Below are positions 7,480-16,700 of a stretch of DNA of 64,000 nt, one piece after another. Origin of the DNA: Acidobacteriota bacterium (lineage in GTDB: Bacteria; Acidobacteriota; Thermoanaerobaculia; Multivoradales; UBA5704). The stretch spans positions 73,206 to 137,205 of the forward strand of contig JBDTZG010000007.1 of the NCBI GenBank assembly GCA_040005235.1. The letters run 5' to 3'. Both the position numbers and the translations under genes were made by a program. The notes beneath the pieces are model-generated. The model ran no database searches. It had not been told where the DNA came from and saw only the letters and a program-made list of their open reading frames with translations. Position 1 is the first letter of the stretch; the number at the start of each line of letters is the position of its first letter.

Positions 7480-9882
7480 ATGCCGATGGATGCCGCGACG
7501 TACGAGAAGTTGGGCGCCTTTTACTTGGGGCGGCGGCGGGATGCGGCGGGGAAGCCTAGCGAGGAGCCTCTGCTCTATGACTCCCAGGATCTTCTGACCC
7601 ACGCACTGTGCGTCGGGATGACCGGGTCGGGCAAGACCGGGCTTTGCCTGTCTTTGCTCGAAGAGGCGGCGATCGATGGGGTTCCGGCTCTGGTGATCGA
7701 CCCGAAGGGCGATCTGGCGAACTTGATGCTGACGTTCCCGAATCTGGCTCCGGCAGACTTTGCCCCTTGGGTCGACCCCGACCGGGCGGTGCGGGAGGGG
7801 ATTACGATCGATCAGCTCGCGGCCAAAGAGGCGGAGAATTGGAAGAGCGGCCTCGCGAAGTGGGGCGAGAACGGCGAGCGGATCGCGCGCTTGAAGCAGG
7901 CGGCGGATTTTCGGATCTATACGCCAGGCAGCTCGGCGGGCTGGCCGGTTTCGATGCTTTCGACATTTACGGCGCCTCCGGCCGAGGTGCTTGAAGACGA
8001 CGAGCTGCTCCGCGACCACATTGGGACCTTGGTAGGGAGCCTTCTTGGACTGCTCGGGATCGAGGCCGATCCGGTCAAAAGCCGCGAGCACATTTTGATC
8101 TCGACGATCCTCGACCGGACTTGGCGGAACGGGAAGGAGATCGACATCGCGGGATTGGTTCCGCAGATCCAGAAGCCATCATTCGACATGATCGGCGCGC
8201 TCCCGATCGAATCGTTCTACCCGGGCAAAGAGCGTTTCGAGCTGGCGATGGCGGTCAACAACCTGCTCGCCGCGCCGGGTTTTTCCGCCTGGCGGGAGGG
8301 CGATCCGCTTGACGTCGGCCGTCTTCTCTATACCGAAAGCGGCAAGCCGCGAATCGCGATCCTGTCGATCGCTCATTTGGGCGACGCCGAACGGATGTCC
8401 TTCGTGGCGCTCCTCCTCTCGCAGACCGTGGCGTGGATGCGCACCCGGCCGGGTACCTCGTCGCTTCGCGCACTGGTCTACATGGACGAGATTTTCGGGT
8501 TTTTCCCGCCCGTGGCCGTGCCGCCCTCCAAAAAACCGCTGCTTACTCTCCTCAAGCAGGCTCGCGCGTTCGGGGTGGGGATCGTGCTCGCGACCCAGAA
8601 CCCGGTCGATCTAGATTATCGGGGCCTCGCCAACATCGGGACCTGGTTCCTGGGGCGTATGCAGACCGATCAGGACAAGCAGCGCATTCTCGACGGGCTG
8701 GAGGGCGCGGTCGGAGCGGGTTTCGATCGCGGACATTTCGATGCGCTGCTCTCGGGCCTGGAAAAGCGGAACTTCCTGCTCCACGATGTCCATCAAGGTG
8801 CGCCCGAGGTTTTCGAAACCCGCTGGGCGATGTCTTATCTCAGAGGGCCCCTCACCCGGCAGGAGATCAAACGCCTAATGGATCCGCAGAAAGCGGCGGC
8901 GGGGGCGACCGACGCCGCGAAGACCCCGGTCGCCCAGCCTAGTGCGGGATTGCCTTCGGTCGCTTCAATGGCGCCGGTTCTGCCGGACGCCGTTCCCGTG
9001 GCCTTCCTGCCCGTGCGCGGTAAGCCCGCGGGGATCGCGTACCGCCCAGCGCTGTTCGGACTCGCGCAGATCCATTATTCGGATGCCAAGCGGGGCATCG
9101 AATCGACCGAAGAGGTGCGGCTGCTCACCCCGTTTGCGGCGCAGGCTCCTTGGGTCGATTGGTATGCGGGGAAAGACATTTCCGTGAGGGCCGACGAGCT
9201 GGAGCACGAGGCGGTCGCCGCAGCGAGCTTCGCCAGTCTGCCGGGCGATGCCACAAAGGCGAAGTGCTACGCCGACTGGGAGAAGGACCTGGCCGACTGC
9301 CTGTTCCGCACCCGCCAGGTGAACCTGTGGCAGAGCGCGCTTGGGCTAACCTCGAAGTCGGGCGAGAGCGAGCGCGATTTCCGCATCCGGCTGGCCGACC
9401 TGGGGCGCGAGCGACGGGACGCCGAAAAGGCGAAGTTGAACGAGAAATACGGCGCGCAGTTGGCGCGGATCCAAGACCAGATCCGACGCGCCACCGAGAG
9501 AAAAGAGCGGGAGGCCGCGCAATCGCACGGCCAATGGCTCCAGGCGGGGCTGTCGGTCGGCGGTACGCTTCTGGGTGCCCTGTTCGGTGGGCGCAAGCTC
9601 TCGGTCTCCAAAATGACGACGGCGGCCAAGAGCGCGACCCGGATCTATAAGGAAGGCAAGGACGTGGATGTGGCCGAAGAGAGCCTGGAGCAGCTCCAGG
9701 GGCGGCTGCACGACATCTCCGCCCAGCTGGATACGGAAGTGGCCGCTCTCGCCCAGCGCTTCGACCCGGCGACCGAGCAGCTCGCCAACGCGCCGATCAA
9801 GCCGAAGAAGACCGATGTGGACGTCCGGCTGCTAACACTGGTCTGGGTGCCCGAACGGGGCGGAGCCGCAGCCTGGGAGTAA
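7480..9882 (+). CDS. HerA/FtsK-superfamily (DUF87-like) ATPase with C-terminal coiled coil
   Basis: Walker A GMTGSGKT, Walker B LVYMDE, LATQNP motif; GGAGGAG RBS. Confidence 0.8.
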   Translation: MPMDAATYEKLGAFYLGRRRDAAGKPSEEPLLYDSQDLLTHALCVGMTGSGKTGLCLSLLEEAAIDGVPALVIDPKGDLANLMLTFPNLAPADFAPWVDPDRAVREGITIDQLAAKEAENWKSGLAKWGENGERIARLKQAADFRIYTPGSSAGWPVSMLSTFTAPPAEVLEDDELLRDHIGTLVGSLLGLLGIEADPVKSREHILISTILDRTWRNGKEIDIAGLVPQIQKPSFDMIGALPIESFYPGKERFELAMAVNNLLAAPGFSAWREGDPLDVGRLLYTESGKPRIAILSIAHLGDAERMSFVALLLSQTVAWMRTRPGTSSLRALVYMDEIFGFFPPVAVPPSKKPLLTLLKQARAFGVGIVLATQNPVDLDYRGLANIGTWFLGRMQTDQDKQRILDGLEGAVGAGFDRGHFDALLSGLEKRNFLLHDVHQGAPEVFETRWAMSYLRGPLTRQEIKRLMDPQKAAAGATDAAKTPVAQPSAGLPSVASMAPVLPDAVPVAFLPVRGKPAGIAYRPALFGLAQIHYSDAKRGIESTEEVRLLTPFAAQAPWVDWYAGKDISVRADELEHEAVAAASFASLPGDATKAKCYADWEKDLADCLFRTRQVNLWQSALGLTSKSGESERDFRIRLADLGRERRDAEKAKLNEKYGAQLARIQDQIRRATERKEREAAQSHGQWLQAGLSVGGTLLGALFGGRKLSVSKMTTAAKSATRIYKEGKDVDVAEESLEQLQGRLHDISAQLDTEVAALAQRFDPATEQLANAPIKPKKTDVDVRLLTLVWVPERGGAAAWE

Positions 9883-9997
9883 GCAAGGGGTCCCTGGCGC
9901 TTGCCTCGGCCCTCTTTTTCGCTCCTTTTGCCGCACCGCGGAAACCTGCCCGCCCAGTGGGTCGTAGTGTCGATCCTAGGAGGTGTAAGCTTCTGCC

Positions 9998-10564
9998 ATG
10001 GAAACCTTGCTCAGTGTCCTGATCGGTCTCGGACTCTCTGCCGCCTGCGGGTTTCGCGTCTTCGTCCCGATGCTGATTGCGAGCCTCGCGGCGCGGAGCG
10101 GCCATCTTCAGATCTGGTCGGGGCTCGACTGGATCGGCTCGACCCCGGCGTTGATCGCGTTCTCGGTCGCGACCGTGCTCGAAATCGCCGGCTACTACAT
10201 TCCGTGGGTCGACCACCTGCTGGACGCGGTCGCCACGCCGACCGCGGTGGTGGCCGGGGTGATCCTCACCGCGGGCGCCCTCACCCAGGGGATGGACCCG
10301 TTCCTGCGCTGGACGCTCGCCCTGGTCGCCGGAGGGGGCACCGCCGCGGTGTTCCAGGGGGTAACCGCCTCGGTGCGGGGTCTGTCGACCCTGACCACCG
10401 GGGGCCTGGGCAATCCGGTCGTGGCGACCGTCGAAGCGGGGGGCTCGGCCCTCCTCTCGGTGGTTGCGATCGTCCTGCCGGTCGTCGCCGTCTTCGGGAT
10501 CGTCCTGCTGCTAGCGTTCGTCTCGCGGCGGCTACTCTTCCGCCGCGCGCCCGCCCGAGCGTAG
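9998..10564 (+). CDS. DUF4126 family membrane protein
   Basis: GLGLSAACGFRVFVP, LEIAGYYIPWVDHLLD, TTGGLGNPVV. Confidence 0.85.
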   Translation: METLLSVLIGLGLSAACGFRVFVPMLIASLAARSGHLQIWSGLDWIGSTPALIAFSVATVLEIAGYYIPWVDHLLDAVATPTAVVAGVILTAGALTQGMDPFLRWTLALVAGGGTAAVFQGVTASVRGLSTLTTGGLGNPVVATVEAGGSALLSVVAIVLPVVAVFGIVLLLAFVSRRLLFRRAPARA

Positions 10565-10583
10565 ACCCCGAAGCGAGGCGACG

Positions 10584-11732
10584 ATGGCGCGGGCTCTCTC
10601 CGAAGTCGCCGGCCGGCGGTTCAGAGGAGCCGCCCTCGCGCTCGCCATTCTCGGGCTCGCGGGCTGCGCGAGCGTAGGGGGCGCCGATCGGCCCGATCTG
10701 GTTCGGAAGATCCGCGACCGCGGGCTCGATCCCGAAAGGATCGTGATCCCGTTCGAGGTCACGCCCGAGATGCGGGAGTGGGCCCTGAAGGCGGCGCCCG
10801 AAGGGTTGCCGCTCGAAATCCGCCTCGATCGGCTGTTCAATGCCGTGCTGCTCGATCTGAAGCCCGCCTACGTCGGCGGACGGACGACCACGGCGCCGGT
10901 GGTGTTCGCCGAGCGGCAGGCCAACTGCCTCGGCTTCACGAGCCTGTTGGTGGGCCTTGCGCGGTCGATCGGCATTCCGACGTTTTATCTCGCGATCGAC
11001 GACATCGAGCGCTTCTCCCGCGATGGCGATCTGGTCGTGATCTCGAACCACGTGAGCGCGGCATTCGACACCGGGGCGCAGACCCGGGTGCTCGACTTCA
11101 CCGTGGCTCCCGTCGTTTCCTACCGCGACGCGCGGGCACTCGACGACCTCGCCGCGGTCGGCCTCTACTATTCGAACTTGGGCGCGGAGAAGCTCCGGTC
11201 CGGCGACCTGCCCGCCGCGATCGAGCTGCTCAAGACCTCGGTGACGCTCGCCCCGGACATCTCGGGCGCCAGAGTAAACTTAGGGGTAGCCCTGCGTCGC
11301 CAGGGCGATCAGGCCGGCGCCGAGGCGCAATACCGGGCGGCGCTCGAAGCCGACCCGCTGGCGTCTTCCGCCTATCAAAACCTGGCCGCCCTACTGCGCC
11401 AGCGCGGCGACGCGGGGGAGGCCGAAGAGCTGCTGCGGATCTCGGAGCAGCAGGGATCGAGAAACCCCTACAGTTTTTTAAGTCTGGGCGATTTGGCCCT
11501 TTCGCGCAGCCGTTTCGACGAGGCGCGGCGCTTTTATCGCCGGGCGCTCGGCCTCTACCGCGAAAACGCCGAGCCGTACGCCGCGATGGGGCAGTGGGCG
11601 GTCGCCAAGGGGAACCTCGCGGAGGCGAGGAAATGGCTCAAGAAGGCGCTGGCGATCGAACCCGAGAACGACAGGGTGCGGCGCCTGGACAAGCGCCTTG
11701 CCGCGAAGTCTTCTCCGGGCGCGACGCGATGA
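10584..11732 (+). CDS. Lipoprotein with transglutaminase-like domain and TPR repeats
   Basis: LAGC lipobox; ANC..NH..LDF Cys-His-Asp triad; multiple TPR motifs (NLGVAL, AYQNLA). Confidence 0.75.
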   Translation: MARALSEVAGRRFRGAALALAILGLAGCASVGGADRPDLVRKIRDRGLDPERIVIPFEVTPEMREWALKAAPEGLPLEIRLDRLFNAVLLDLKPAYVGGRTTTAPVVFAERQANCLGFTSLLVGLARSIGIPTFYLAIDDIERFSRDGDLVVISNHVSAAFDTGAQTRVLDFTVAPVVSYRDARALDDLAAVGLYYSNLGAEKLRSGDLPAAIELLKTSVTLAPDISGARVNLGVALRRQGDQAGAEAQYRAALEADPLASSAYQNLAALLRQRGDAGEAEELLRISEQQGSRNPYSFLSLGDLALSRSRFDEARRFYRRALGLYRENAEPYAAMGQWAVAKGNLAEARKWLKKALAIEPENDRVRRLDKRLAAKSSPGATR

Positions 11733-11748
11733 GATCCCGGCCCGGCGG

Positions 11749-14043
11749 ATGACCTCGGCGATCTGGCAGATCTGGGTCGACACCGGCGGTACCTTCACCG
11801 ACTGCATCGCGGTCTCTCCCGAAGGGGTGATCCGCCGCGTGAAGGTGCTGTCGTCGAGCGCCCTGCGAGGCCGGTTTGCGGGGCCGATGGGAAGCCGCGG
11901 TCTGCGAATCGAAGGGCTCCCTGAGCTGCCGGCCGGTTTCTTTCGAGGGTTTGCCTTCCGCCCGCTGCTCGGAGACTCCGGCGCGGATGGCGCGAATATC
12001 CTGGACGTCGGAGTGATCCTGGCCACCGATTGGAACACCGAGGAGAAGCGGCTCGATCTAGGGGTCGATCGGGACTCGGTCCCCTCTCTGGCCGCGCTCT
12101 CCGAGGGGGCGGCCTGCGAGCTCTTGTGCTCAGAGGAGGCGCCGATCCTCGCGGCGCGAATCGCCACCGGGACTCCTCCCGACCGGCCGCTGCCGCCGTT
12201 GGCGATGCGCCTGGCCACCACCCGTGGCACGAACGCGCTGCTCGAAAGGAAAGGCGCTCCGGTCGCCTTCTTCGTCACCGAGGGGTTCGCCGACCTGCTC
12301 GCGATCGGCACCCAGCAGCGGCCCGACCTGTTCGCGCTCGCGATCGAAAAGCCGGAGCCGCTCTACGCGCGGGTGATTGAGGTCACGGAACGGCTGGCGA
12401 CGGACGGCACGGTGCTCCGGCCGCTCGACCTCGAAACCGCAAGGCGGAACGCCCGCGCGGCGCTTGGCCAGGGAGCGACCTCGGCGGCGATCGCGCTGCT
12501 TCACGCGTATCGCGAGCCGCGCCATGAGCGGCAACTGGCGGCGGCTCTGCGCGAGGAGGGTTTTTCGCGCGTTGCCCTGTCGTCCGAGCTGGCGCCCGAA
12601 ATTGGCTTCCTGCCGCGAGCGGCGACCACGGTGGTCGAGGCGTATCTGGCGCCGATCCTCGGCGGCTATCTGGAGCGGGTGGCGGGCGCGCTGGGGAATT
12701 CCGGAAAAAGCTCGCTTCTGGTGATCACCAGCGCCGGAGGTCTCGCTCGCGCGGACGGCTATCGCGCCAAGGACGGCCTGCTTTCAGGCCCCGCGGGGGG
12801 CGTGCTCGGAGCAGCGGCCGCCGGGAACCGTTCCGGTTTCTCTCGCGTGCTGTCGTTCGACATGGGGGGCACCTCCACCGACGTGGCGCGCTACGACGGG
12901 GATTTCGAGTTGCGCTTCGAGCACCGGGTGGGCGACGCGCATCTGGTCGCCCCGGCGCTTAGCGTCGAGACCGTGGCGGCGGGCGGCGGCTCGATCTGTT
13001 CCTTGGTGGGGGATCAACGTTGCGGGCAGCTCGGCGTGGGGCCGGAGAGCGCAGGGGCATTCCCGGGGCCGGCCGCCTACGGCGCGGGCGGGCCCCTCAC
13101 GATCACCGACGTCAATCTTCTACTCGGCCGGCTCGACCCGGCGCGGTTCGGAATTCCGATCGAGCCGGCCGCGGCCGAGCGGCGGATTGCCGAGATCGCA
13201 AACCGTTTGGAGTCGGAGGCTGAGCCGCTGCTCGAAGGATTCTTGGAGATCGCGAACGAACGGATGGCCGATGCGATTCGGCGGATCTCGATCGGCCGCG
13301 GCTACGATCCGGCAGAATATGCCCTCGTCGCGTTCGGCGGAGCGGGGGCGCAGCACGCCTGCGCGGTGGCCGAGCTGCTCGGCATCTCGACCGTCCTGGT
13401 GCCGGAGGACGCGAGCCTCCTTTCTGCGCGCGGGTTGGGCGTCGCGGCGGTCGAACGCTTCGCGGTCGCCCAAGTGCTCCGGCCTCTCGACGAGATCGAG
13501 GGCGAGCTGGCCGAACGGCTCGATCGGCTGGCGGCGGTGGCGCTGGCTGAAATTGCCGGGGCCGAGGTGTCGGGAGGAAGGGAGATTGGGGTCCGCCGCC
13601 GCATCGTGCAGATGCGTTTTGCCGGCCAGGAGGCCGCCCTCGCGATCGAGCCGCAGGGGTCCGGCGCCCAGCTTGGCCCGGACCTTCGCGTACGGTTCCT
13701 CGCCGCCTACCGCGATCTGTACGGCTATGCGCCCGAAGGACGCACGCTCGAAATCGAAGCGCTTCGGGTGGTCGTCTCGGCCGGAGGGAACGGTGAGGTG
13801 CAGTCGGCCGCGAAGCCGTCGCGGACGGCCGTGGCTTGTCGTTTGGAATCGCGCCGGGCGCGGTTTGGCTGCGTCTGGCGCGAAGTCGAAGTGTTCGAGC
13901 GGAGCGCGCTCCTGCCCGGCGATCGGTTCGCCGGCCCCTGCCTGATCGTCGAGCCGCTTTCCTCGACCGTGGTCGAGTCGGGGTGGAGCGGCCATAAAGA
14001 TGGGGCCGAAGCGCTCGTGCTGCTAAAGGGTAGTGCCCTATGA
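11749..14043 (+). CDS. Hydantoinase A / 5-oxoprolinase ATP-binding subunit
   Basis: VDTGGTFTD, ATTRGTNALLERKG, LSGPAGG, FDMGGTSTDV, FGGAGAQHA. Confidence 0.9.
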   Translation: MTSAIWQIWVDTGGTFTDCIAVSPEGVIRRVKVLSSSALRGRFAGPMGSRGLRIEGLPELPAGFFRGFAFRPLLGDSGADGANILDVGVILATDWNTEEKRLDLGVDRDSVPSLAALSEGAACELLCSEEAPILAARIATGTPPDRPLPPLAMRLATTRGTNALLERKGAPVAFFVTEGFADLLAIGTQQRPDLFALAIEKPEPLYARVIEVTERLATDGTVLRPLDLETARRNARAALGQGATSAAIALLHAYREPRHERQLAAALREEGFSRVALSSELAPEIGFLPRAATTVVEAYLAPILGGYLERVAGALGNSGKSSLLVITSAGGLARADGYRAKDGLLSGPAGGVLGAAAAGNRSGFSRVLSFDMGGTSTDVARYDGDFELRFEHRVGDAHLVAPALSVETVAAGGGSICSLVGDQRCGQLGVGPESAGAFPGPAAYGAGGPLTITDVNLLLGRLDPARFGIPIEPAAAERRIAEIANRLESEAEPLLEGFLEIANERMADAIRRISIGRGYDPAEYALVAFGGAGAQHACAVAELLGISTVLVPEDASLLSARGLGVAAVERFAVAQVLRPLDEIEGELAERLDRLAAVALAEIAGAEVSGGREIGVRRRIVQMRFAGQEAALAIEPQGSGAQLGPDLRVRFLAAYRDLYGYAPEGRTLEIEALRVVVSAGGNGEVQSAAKPSRTAVACRLESRRARFGCVWREVEVFERSALLPGDRFAGPCLIVEPLSSTVVESGWSGHKDGAEALVLLKGSAL

Positions 14044-14053
14044 TTCGACCGCC

Positions 14054-14572
14054 ATGGAAGGTTTGACCGATCCCGACGGCGTTCGAGCCCCCGAGAGCCC
14101 TGATGTGCTCCTTGCCGCTTCGGCGCGCGAGCGGACCCGCACGGTATCCGGCCTCGAACGGCTGGCGCTCGGCGCGCTCTCCGGCTGCGTGGTCGCCGCG
14201 GCCTTGGCGCTTTTCGCCTTTCCTGCGGCGCGGGCGAAAGAGCCGCCCGAGGCGTTCCGCGCGGCGGGCACGGTGCTGCCGTTTCTCGCCATGATCTTCA
14301 TTCTCGCCGCCTCGCGGCTGCGCGGCATGCTGCTCAACGCGGCGCGGCGCCAGGCGAAGTTCTCCTCCTCTGCGCTTCCCGACCTGATTGCGGCATACCG
14401 GCGCGCGATCTGGGTCGATTTCATCCTGCTCGAAGGGGTCGCCTGGCTTGGGCTGGCGATGGTTCCTCTCACCGGCTCGGTCCGCTACGCCTTGGTGCTG
14501 ATCGTCGCGGCGATCCTCGGCATGGCCGTGCGCTGGCCGAGGCTGCCGGAGCTCGAGCGTCTCGCGCGCTAG
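14054..14572 (+). CDS. Hypothetical integral membrane protein (about 4 TM)
   Basis: Four hydrophobic segments; fills the gap between co-oriented genes. Confidence 0.6.
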   Translation: MEGLTDPDGVRAPESPDVLLAASARERTRTVSGLERLALGALSGCVVAAALALFAFPAARAKEPPEAFRAAGTVLPFLAMIFILAASRLRGMLLNAARRQAKFSSSALPDLIAAYRRAIWVDFILLEGVAWLGLAMVPLTGSVRYALVLIVAAILGMAVRWPRLPELERLAR

Positions 14573-14612
14573 AGTCGATCGTTCTTCCTCATCCCGAATT
14601 CACGGAGGAAAC

Positions 14613-16688
14613 ATGTCCCGCCAACTCGCACTCGCCTTCGCAGCTCTCGCTTTCTGCTTCCATCCGGCGGCCCGCGCCGACGAGGGAATGTGGACGTTCG
14701 ACAACGTGCCGCGCGCGGCGATCGAAGCGAAATACGGCGTTCCGGTCACCGACGCCTGGCTCGATCACTTGCGCATCTCCTCCGTCCGGCTCGAAGGGGG
14801 CTGCTCGGGCTCGTTCGTCTCGGGCGACGGCCTCGTGCTCACCAACCATCACTGCGTCGACTCGTGCCTGCAGGAGCTTTCGTCGGCGGGCAAAGATCTT
14901 GTCGCCGACGGCTTCTACGCCAAGACCGCAGCGGACGAGCACCGCTGCGAGGCGTTTGAGGCGTCGAGCCTGATCAAGCTGGAGAACGTGAGCGCGAAAA
15001 TCGCCGCCGCAATCCGCGGGCTCGACAGCGCGGCGGCCTATCCCGTCCGCGAGGCCGAAAAAACCCGGCTCGAAACGGAATGCGAGAAAGCGTCGGGCCG
15101 CGCGGACATTCGCTGCGAGATCGTCGACCTTTACAGCGGCGGCGAAAATTGGCTTTACACCTACCGCCGTTATCAAGATGTCCGGATGGTGTTCGCGCCC
15201 GAGCTTGCGATCGCGAATTTCGGCGGCGATCCGGACAATTTCAACTTTCCGCGCTACGACCTCGACATGGCGATTGTGCGGGTCTACGACGACGGCAAGC
15301 CGCTGCATCCGGATCAGCACCTGACCTGGAGCCCCGCGGGAGCCCAGACCGGAGAGCCGGTGTTCGTGACGGGGCACCCCGGTTCGACCAACCGCCAGCT
15401 GACGGTCGAGCAGCTCCAGACCCGCCGCACCGCGATCTTGCCATTGCGGCTCTACCTCGCCTCCGAGCTGCGCGGCCGGCTGATCCAGTTCGGCAAGCTT
15501 GGACCCGAGCCGTATCGGGTGATGCTCGACAACCTGCTGCGGATCGAAAACAGCCTCAAGGTCGGGCGCGGTCAGCTCGCGGCGATCGACGACGCCGATT
15601 TCATCCGCCGGAAAGCCGAGCAGGAAACGGCGTTTCGCAAAGCCGTCGCGGCCTCGACCGATCCGCAGGTAAAGGCCGCCGCCGAGGCGTGGGACGAGAT
15701 CGCCCGCGCACATGAGATCTATCGCGCGATCTATCCGCGCTACCTTCTGGTCGAGGCTCGGCAAGGGTTTCTCGGCGATCTGTTCCAGCACGCCCGGATT
15801 CTGGTGCGCGCCGGAAACGAGCGCACGTTGCCGAACACCGAAAGGCTCCGCGACTACACCGATACGCAGCTACCATCGCTCGAACTGTCGCTCGCCTCCA
15901 AAGCGCCGATCGCGCTCGACCTCGAAGAGATGGAGCTGGGTTTCGCGCTCGAAAAGCTACGCGAATGGCTCGGCCCGGACGATCTGCTGGTGAAAAAGGT
16001 ACTCGGCGATCAATCGCTGGACGAGCTGGCGCACGCCGCGGTCACGAGCACGAAGCTCACCGATCCGAATTTCCGCAAGACGCTTTGGCAGGGTGGCAAG
16101 GCCGCCGTCGATGCCTCGAACGATCCAATGATCCGCCTCGCCCGTCTGGTCGAGCCGGATGCGCGCGCCGTGCTTGACCGTTACAAAAAGGAGGTCGAGG
16201 CGGTAGAGACGAGCGCCACGGAGCGGATCTCCCGCGCCCGGTTCCTGATCGAGGGGACGAGCGTCTACCCGGACGCCACGTTCACCTTGCGCATGACCTA
16301 TGGTGCAGTCGAAGGATGGGACGAGGCCGGCAAGAAAGTCGGACCGTTCGCAACGATCGGCGCGCTCTATCCGCGCGTGACCGGCAAAGACCCGTTCGCC
16401 CTGCCGCCGAGCTGGCTCGCGGCGAAACCGAAGCTCGATCCCGGTCGAACGATCAACTTCGTCGCGACGACCGATATTACGGGTGGCAACTCGGGAAGCC
16501 CGGTGGTCGACAAACACGGCCAGCTCGTGGGACTTTGCTTCGACGGCAACATCCATTCAATCGGCGGCAGCTTCTGGTTCGATCCGACCAAGAACCGGTC
16601 CGTCGCGGTCGATTCGGGCGGCATGCTCGAAGCGCTGCGCAGGATCTACGGCGCGGATCGCCTGGTGGCGGAGCTGACGGGCAAGTAG
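14613..16688 (+). CDS. S46 family dipeptidyl peptidase
   Basis: ADEGMWT, GCSGSFVS...LTNHHC, DITGGNSGSPV, FDGN. Confidence 0.92.
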   Translation: MSRQLALAFAALAFCFHPAARADEGMWTFDNVPRAAIEAKYGVPVTDAWLDHLRISSVRLEGGCSGSFVSGDGLVLTNHHCVDSCLQELSSAGKDLVADGFYAKTAADEHRCEAFEASSLIKLENVSAKIAAAIRGLDSAAAYPVREAEKTRLETECEKASGRADIRCEIVDLYSGGENWLYTYRRYQDVRMVFAPELAIANFGGDPDNFNFPRYDLDMAIVRVYDDGKPLHPDQHLTWSPAGAQTGEPVFVTGHPGSTNRQLTVEQLQTRRTAILPLRLYLASELRGRLIQFGKLGPEPYRVMLDNLLRIENSLKVGRGQLAAIDDADFIRRKAEQETAFRKAVAASTDPQVKAAAEAWDEIARAHEIYRAIYPRYLLVEARQGFLGDLFQHARILVRAGNERTLPNTERLRDYTDTQLPSLELSLASKAPIALDLEEMELGFALEKLREWLGPDDLLVKKVLGDQSLDELAHAAVTSTKLTDPNFRKTLWQGGKAAVDASNDPMIRLARLVEPDARAVLDRYKKEVEAVETSATERISRARFLIEGTSVYPDATFTLRMTYGAVEGWDEAGKKVGPFATIGALYPRVTGKDPFALPPSWLAAKPKLDPGRTINFVATTDITGGNSGSPVVDKHGQLVGLCFDGNIHSIGGSFWFDPTKNRSVAVDSGGMLEALRRIYGADRLVAELTGK

Positions 16689-16700
16689 GGGAGAGACCGG

